Positions 62,101 to 64,000 of a DNA stretch of 64,000 nt are shown here, in pieces. The stretch's first letter is position 1, and each line of letters opens with the position of its first letter. Source of the DNA: Candidatus Omnitrophota bacterium (lineage in GTDB: Bacteria > Omnitrophota > Gorgyraeia > Tantalellales > Tantalellaceae); the NCBI GenBank assembly GCA_015231405.1, contig JADGBR010000006.1, positions 40,218 through 104,217 on the forward strand. The letters are read 5' to 3'. The translations under genes and the position numbers were made by a program. The notes beneath the pieces were generated by a model, which did no database searches, was not told where the DNA came from, and saw only the letters and a program-made list of their open reading frames with translations.

Positions 62101-63481
62101 AGTCCCGGTTAAAACCGGTCATGTACTGCCAGAATCGCGACATTGAAAATTCCGAGACCTCCGCCTCGGTCGGTCGGAGTCTCGTCAAATCCCTTTCCAG
62201 AAGGGAGGCCATTCTTTTCTCGGTTCTCGCGTGAAATAACCTGTCCTGCATCGCGCCCCATTCGCTGGAGATGATATCGAAACGGTCAAAAGGATATTTT
62301 TGTGTATAGGCGATCATATTTTTAACTTCCGGGTCTTCCAGAAAAGAATTTATCCAACCATATAATCCGAAATCGCCTTTTATACCCGTTGCGTCCATGA
62401 TGGCTTTAATTTCCAAGGCATATCCGGCAAGGAAGGATAATCTTATGATAGCTTTGGTAAGGTAATGATCGCGGGTATTAAATATGTATTCGGGTTCGCC
62501 TTCCACCAACATGGCTGTTATTCTGGGGTCCATGTCTTTACGCTGTTTACAAAACCTGAAAAACCAAATATCTTGCATGTAATCATGCGCCGTATTGGCC
62601 ATACCTACTAAAGTCCCGGTAAGCCTTTCATAGGTATCTTCATCCAGTTCATTGATGGCTTTCACCTGCCTCTGAGATCTCTCAATTTTATTTTTATCTC
62701 TTAATGGATTATTCCACCTCGGGCGGAACATATGCTCAGTGAACTGTCGACGCGCTTTCCGGTTCATTCCGCTAAAAGTAAAATACCGGCTTACCTTATC
62801 CAACTCTTTCACAGCCCCATCATCGGAGAACTCTTCCACCCCGGCATAAAGGCTATCCATATGAAGTCGCCCATAAGTGCCCCAGCTCATCACATCTCTT
62901 AGAGCCGTACGCACCCTTTCCTTTTCCACCCGGATCCCGAGATCATCCGCCGCTTTATATTGGTCATCACCTCTCAGATCTTCTTTTCCCCTCTTCAGTA
63001 GCGCCCTGGGATTTATCGGCATCGGAAGACCCGCGTCATAACAGTCATGCGCGATAAGGCGCCTGTAAGGGACCTCTTCCTGCTGATCACCGTTATTATC
63101 CCGTTCACTCGTCTTCAATTCCGCTTCCCGGACCAACAGGTCGGCCTCGATCACCCCATTCAAGAACGAGTCGTCACCTCCCGTCCCTGTTGAGATATAA
63201 CATCCCGATGGAAGCTTCAAATACTGATTACCTGACACATCCAATGCCCTGGCGTATCTGTCAGACCGGGATGCGTCCCGTATAAGCCCCGCCCGCCTGT
63301 ATATCTCGGCGGCGATTTCCCCTCTTCTTGCCGTATCATCGGTAAAAGTCCAGACGCTTAAAAGTGCGGCGGACTTCCCCCACCCCTCATCCCGGCAAGA
63401 TATGACATCACCCGAAAGAAAACAGATCATAAGAAAAATTTTTTGCGCTGCGAATTTTTTAAGCATAAATAGACTTATCAT
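59114..63481 (-). CDS. Large protein with two tandem MutS domain-V-like ATPase domains
   Basis: ITGENEIGKSTT/GESTH/VIIDE/YTTH and IMGPNKSGKT/GQSYF/ILMDE/LNTH. Confidence 0.75.
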   Translation of the reverse strand: MISLFMLKKFAAQKIFLMICFLSGDVISCRDEGWGKSAALLSVWTFTDDTARRGEIAAEIYRRAGLIRDASRSDRYARALDVSGNQYLKLPSGCYISTGTGGDDSFLNGVIEADLLVREAELKTSERDNNGDQQEEVPYRRLIAHDCYDAGLPMPINPRALLKRGKEDLRGDDQYKAADDLGIRVEKERVRTALRDVMSWGTYGRLHMDSLYAGVEEFSDDGAVKELDKVSRYFTFSGMNRKARRQFTEHMFRPRWNNPLRDKNKIERSQRQVKAINELDEDTYERLTGTLVGMANTAHDYMQDIWFFRFCKQRKDMDPRITAMLVEGEPEYIFNTRDHYLTKAIIRLSFLAGYALEIKAIMDATGIKGDFGLYGWINSFLEDPEVKNMIAYTQKYPFDRFDIISSEWGAMQDRLFHARTEKRMASLLERDLTRLRPTEAEVSEFSMSRFWQYMTGFNRDFHDMRGVTLPERVNEFRPLQRSFEDVFNADNDSLFSIANTHNLVNEMLFASGGARMMKQGGYSIAKVPDVLGRVKLDKAWNPAAGKKENMDLVDIDITGRRKFLGITGENEIGKSTTAEMIAICALYNQMGLPVPAEYAELSVFRNVYVDTPSYENIKEGESTHTALVRRLGDLIGVAGPGDLVIIDEAHMGSEYKDLTAITSVLIEDLMKTGATVVYTTHLKEVMHILKAAYPDLSFKRIMPGPEGERTFEEGIADDSYAVKTLRKYSFPEKVIGWSAEYYRAVTGSEMPDPGAGSTGDKPRGKSSGKTAYDELQDHEIFKRARKALFSEKNIFYNGYTGDLLPYRDLLERWIKRGTLENDREIIFGEFNFIDPTPEIWKTPKMADEYLDKLVKRVNKRLRRIVKLLSELKGEGLLPEGDIDNTIKSIEKNIPEEGSKGERRKLYSEDGIILHLKENDPRPESEKEAPREQRFKEIMAMEKNCVKKLLTGLGNMEKAFLPALDSIMGVALTMKENNDLHLAQAGGTMEIRNALSPFYESAKSIDMVQGTALDQFAIMGPNKSGKTAAIRTIQAIVLLARKGYPVPATCSLPGYDKVLTFFGAEEIMSGGQSYFNRVAQRLAGLIDNATKNSLILMDELHGSDYWELSALQAAIARYLTEEIGATVILNTHMREGLIEAKKDMKIKFLKTDYAVRDDGTIDFKYTLSDDRDLLAKSLGIESVKDILDDGEYLRAIERRKVLENDERVKAAYKSLSRKISESEGISDSLWGRLNELLKGCPVTEKKASKYIIAVPSQVLRNAPDLLHVLKKMGSLAGKGTRFEIVVTGANNEDLSFFSILERGGQLSRALGVPENVAIRTVSEDELNNIAGKYTHIGPLGYDPATIEGRVRIVKDMYFGTLKENDYMLICTDIPDKEGLNGISEILRDELYENLSIFIPDIPGEGQAISLSRLLNGWFVGLTTAPSRLMVIPSAYEEMSRGAMQEWENLRKVVVSA

Positions 63482-63567
63482 TATTATTGCTATTTATTAA
63501 GCTAACATTGTACCACACAAGGAACCGATATTTATTTTACTTTTTTAATTACTAACATTAATTGGCC

Positions 63568-64000
63568 TCACAGGCGGGGAATAGAACTGAGCAGATGCTT
63601 TGTGTATTCGTGTTTCGGATCTTCGTAGATCTCAGCGCTTCCGGCTATCTCGACGAGCCTGCCGTCTTTCATAACGCCTATGTGGTCGGACATGAACTCG
63701 ACGACACGGAGGTCGTGAGAAATGAAAAGATATGTGAGGCCCATTTTATCCTGCAGGTCCTTTAAAAGGTTCAATATCCCTGCCTGTATCGAAACGTCCA
63801 GACTCGATACGGGTTCATCGAGTATAACTATGGCTGGAAATCTGACTATGGCCCTGGCTATGGCTATTCTCTGCCTCTCACCACCGGAGAACTGATGGGG
63901 ATATTTTTTCAGAACCGAATGCTCGAGCCTAACCAGCGAAAGGATGTCTTTTATCCGTTTTTCTATCTCATCTTTTTTGACTTTACGGATGTAAAGTGAT
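63568..64000 (-). CDS. Oligopeptide/dipeptide ABC transporter ATP-binding protein (OppF/DppF-like), 5' truncated
   Basis: YPHQFSGGERQRIAIARA, DEPVSSLD, FISHDL and HEYTKHLL. Confidence 0.9.
   Translation of the reverse strand, partial: SLYIRKVKKDEIEKRIKDILSLVRLEHSVLKKYPHQFSGGERQRIAIARAIVRFPAIVILDEPVSSLDVSIQAGILNLLKDLQDKMGLTYLFISHDLRVVEFMSDHIGVMKDGRLVEIAGSAEIYEDPKHEYTKHLLSSIPRL

Noticed and set aside
59114-63481. Canonical mutS or mutS2
   Set aside because: No mismatch-recognition or Smr domain is visible, the ATPase is duplicated and the motifs are divergent, so no gene symbol was given.

Overview
Bacterial chromosomal window of roughly 50% GC with almost all genes on the minus strand. Gene content and style suggest an uncultured PVC-group organism, probably Candidatus Omnitrophota (inference, not verified). 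Housekeeping genes are folE, mnmE, folC, purH, era, a PcrA/UvrD helicase, glgP, purU, rplM-rpsI, truA-asd-leuBDC, tRNA-Glu and tRNA-Leu. Accessory blocks: (i) an operon of ROK protein, Zn-ribbon protein, TolC, MFP and two RND permeases; (ii) the best candidate for an undescribed system, a 14.5 kb five-gene operon (32249-46809) beside tRNA-Glu. It encodes three paralogous 1162-1508 aa signal-peptide proteins with dissimilar helical N-termini and a shared three-domain C-terminal module, a stand-alone copy of one module domain, and a predicted outer-membrane beta-barrel; (iii) two large orphan proteins, one with an M48-like protease domain and one with two tandem MutS-type ATPase domains. Non-coding features include a 155-nt rod-shaped RNA candidate (possibly 6S RNA), an inverted copy of the tRNA-Glu 3' end, and several families of heptamer arrays and REP-like palindromes. 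No CRISPR array, integrase, transposase or reverse transcriptase was seen.
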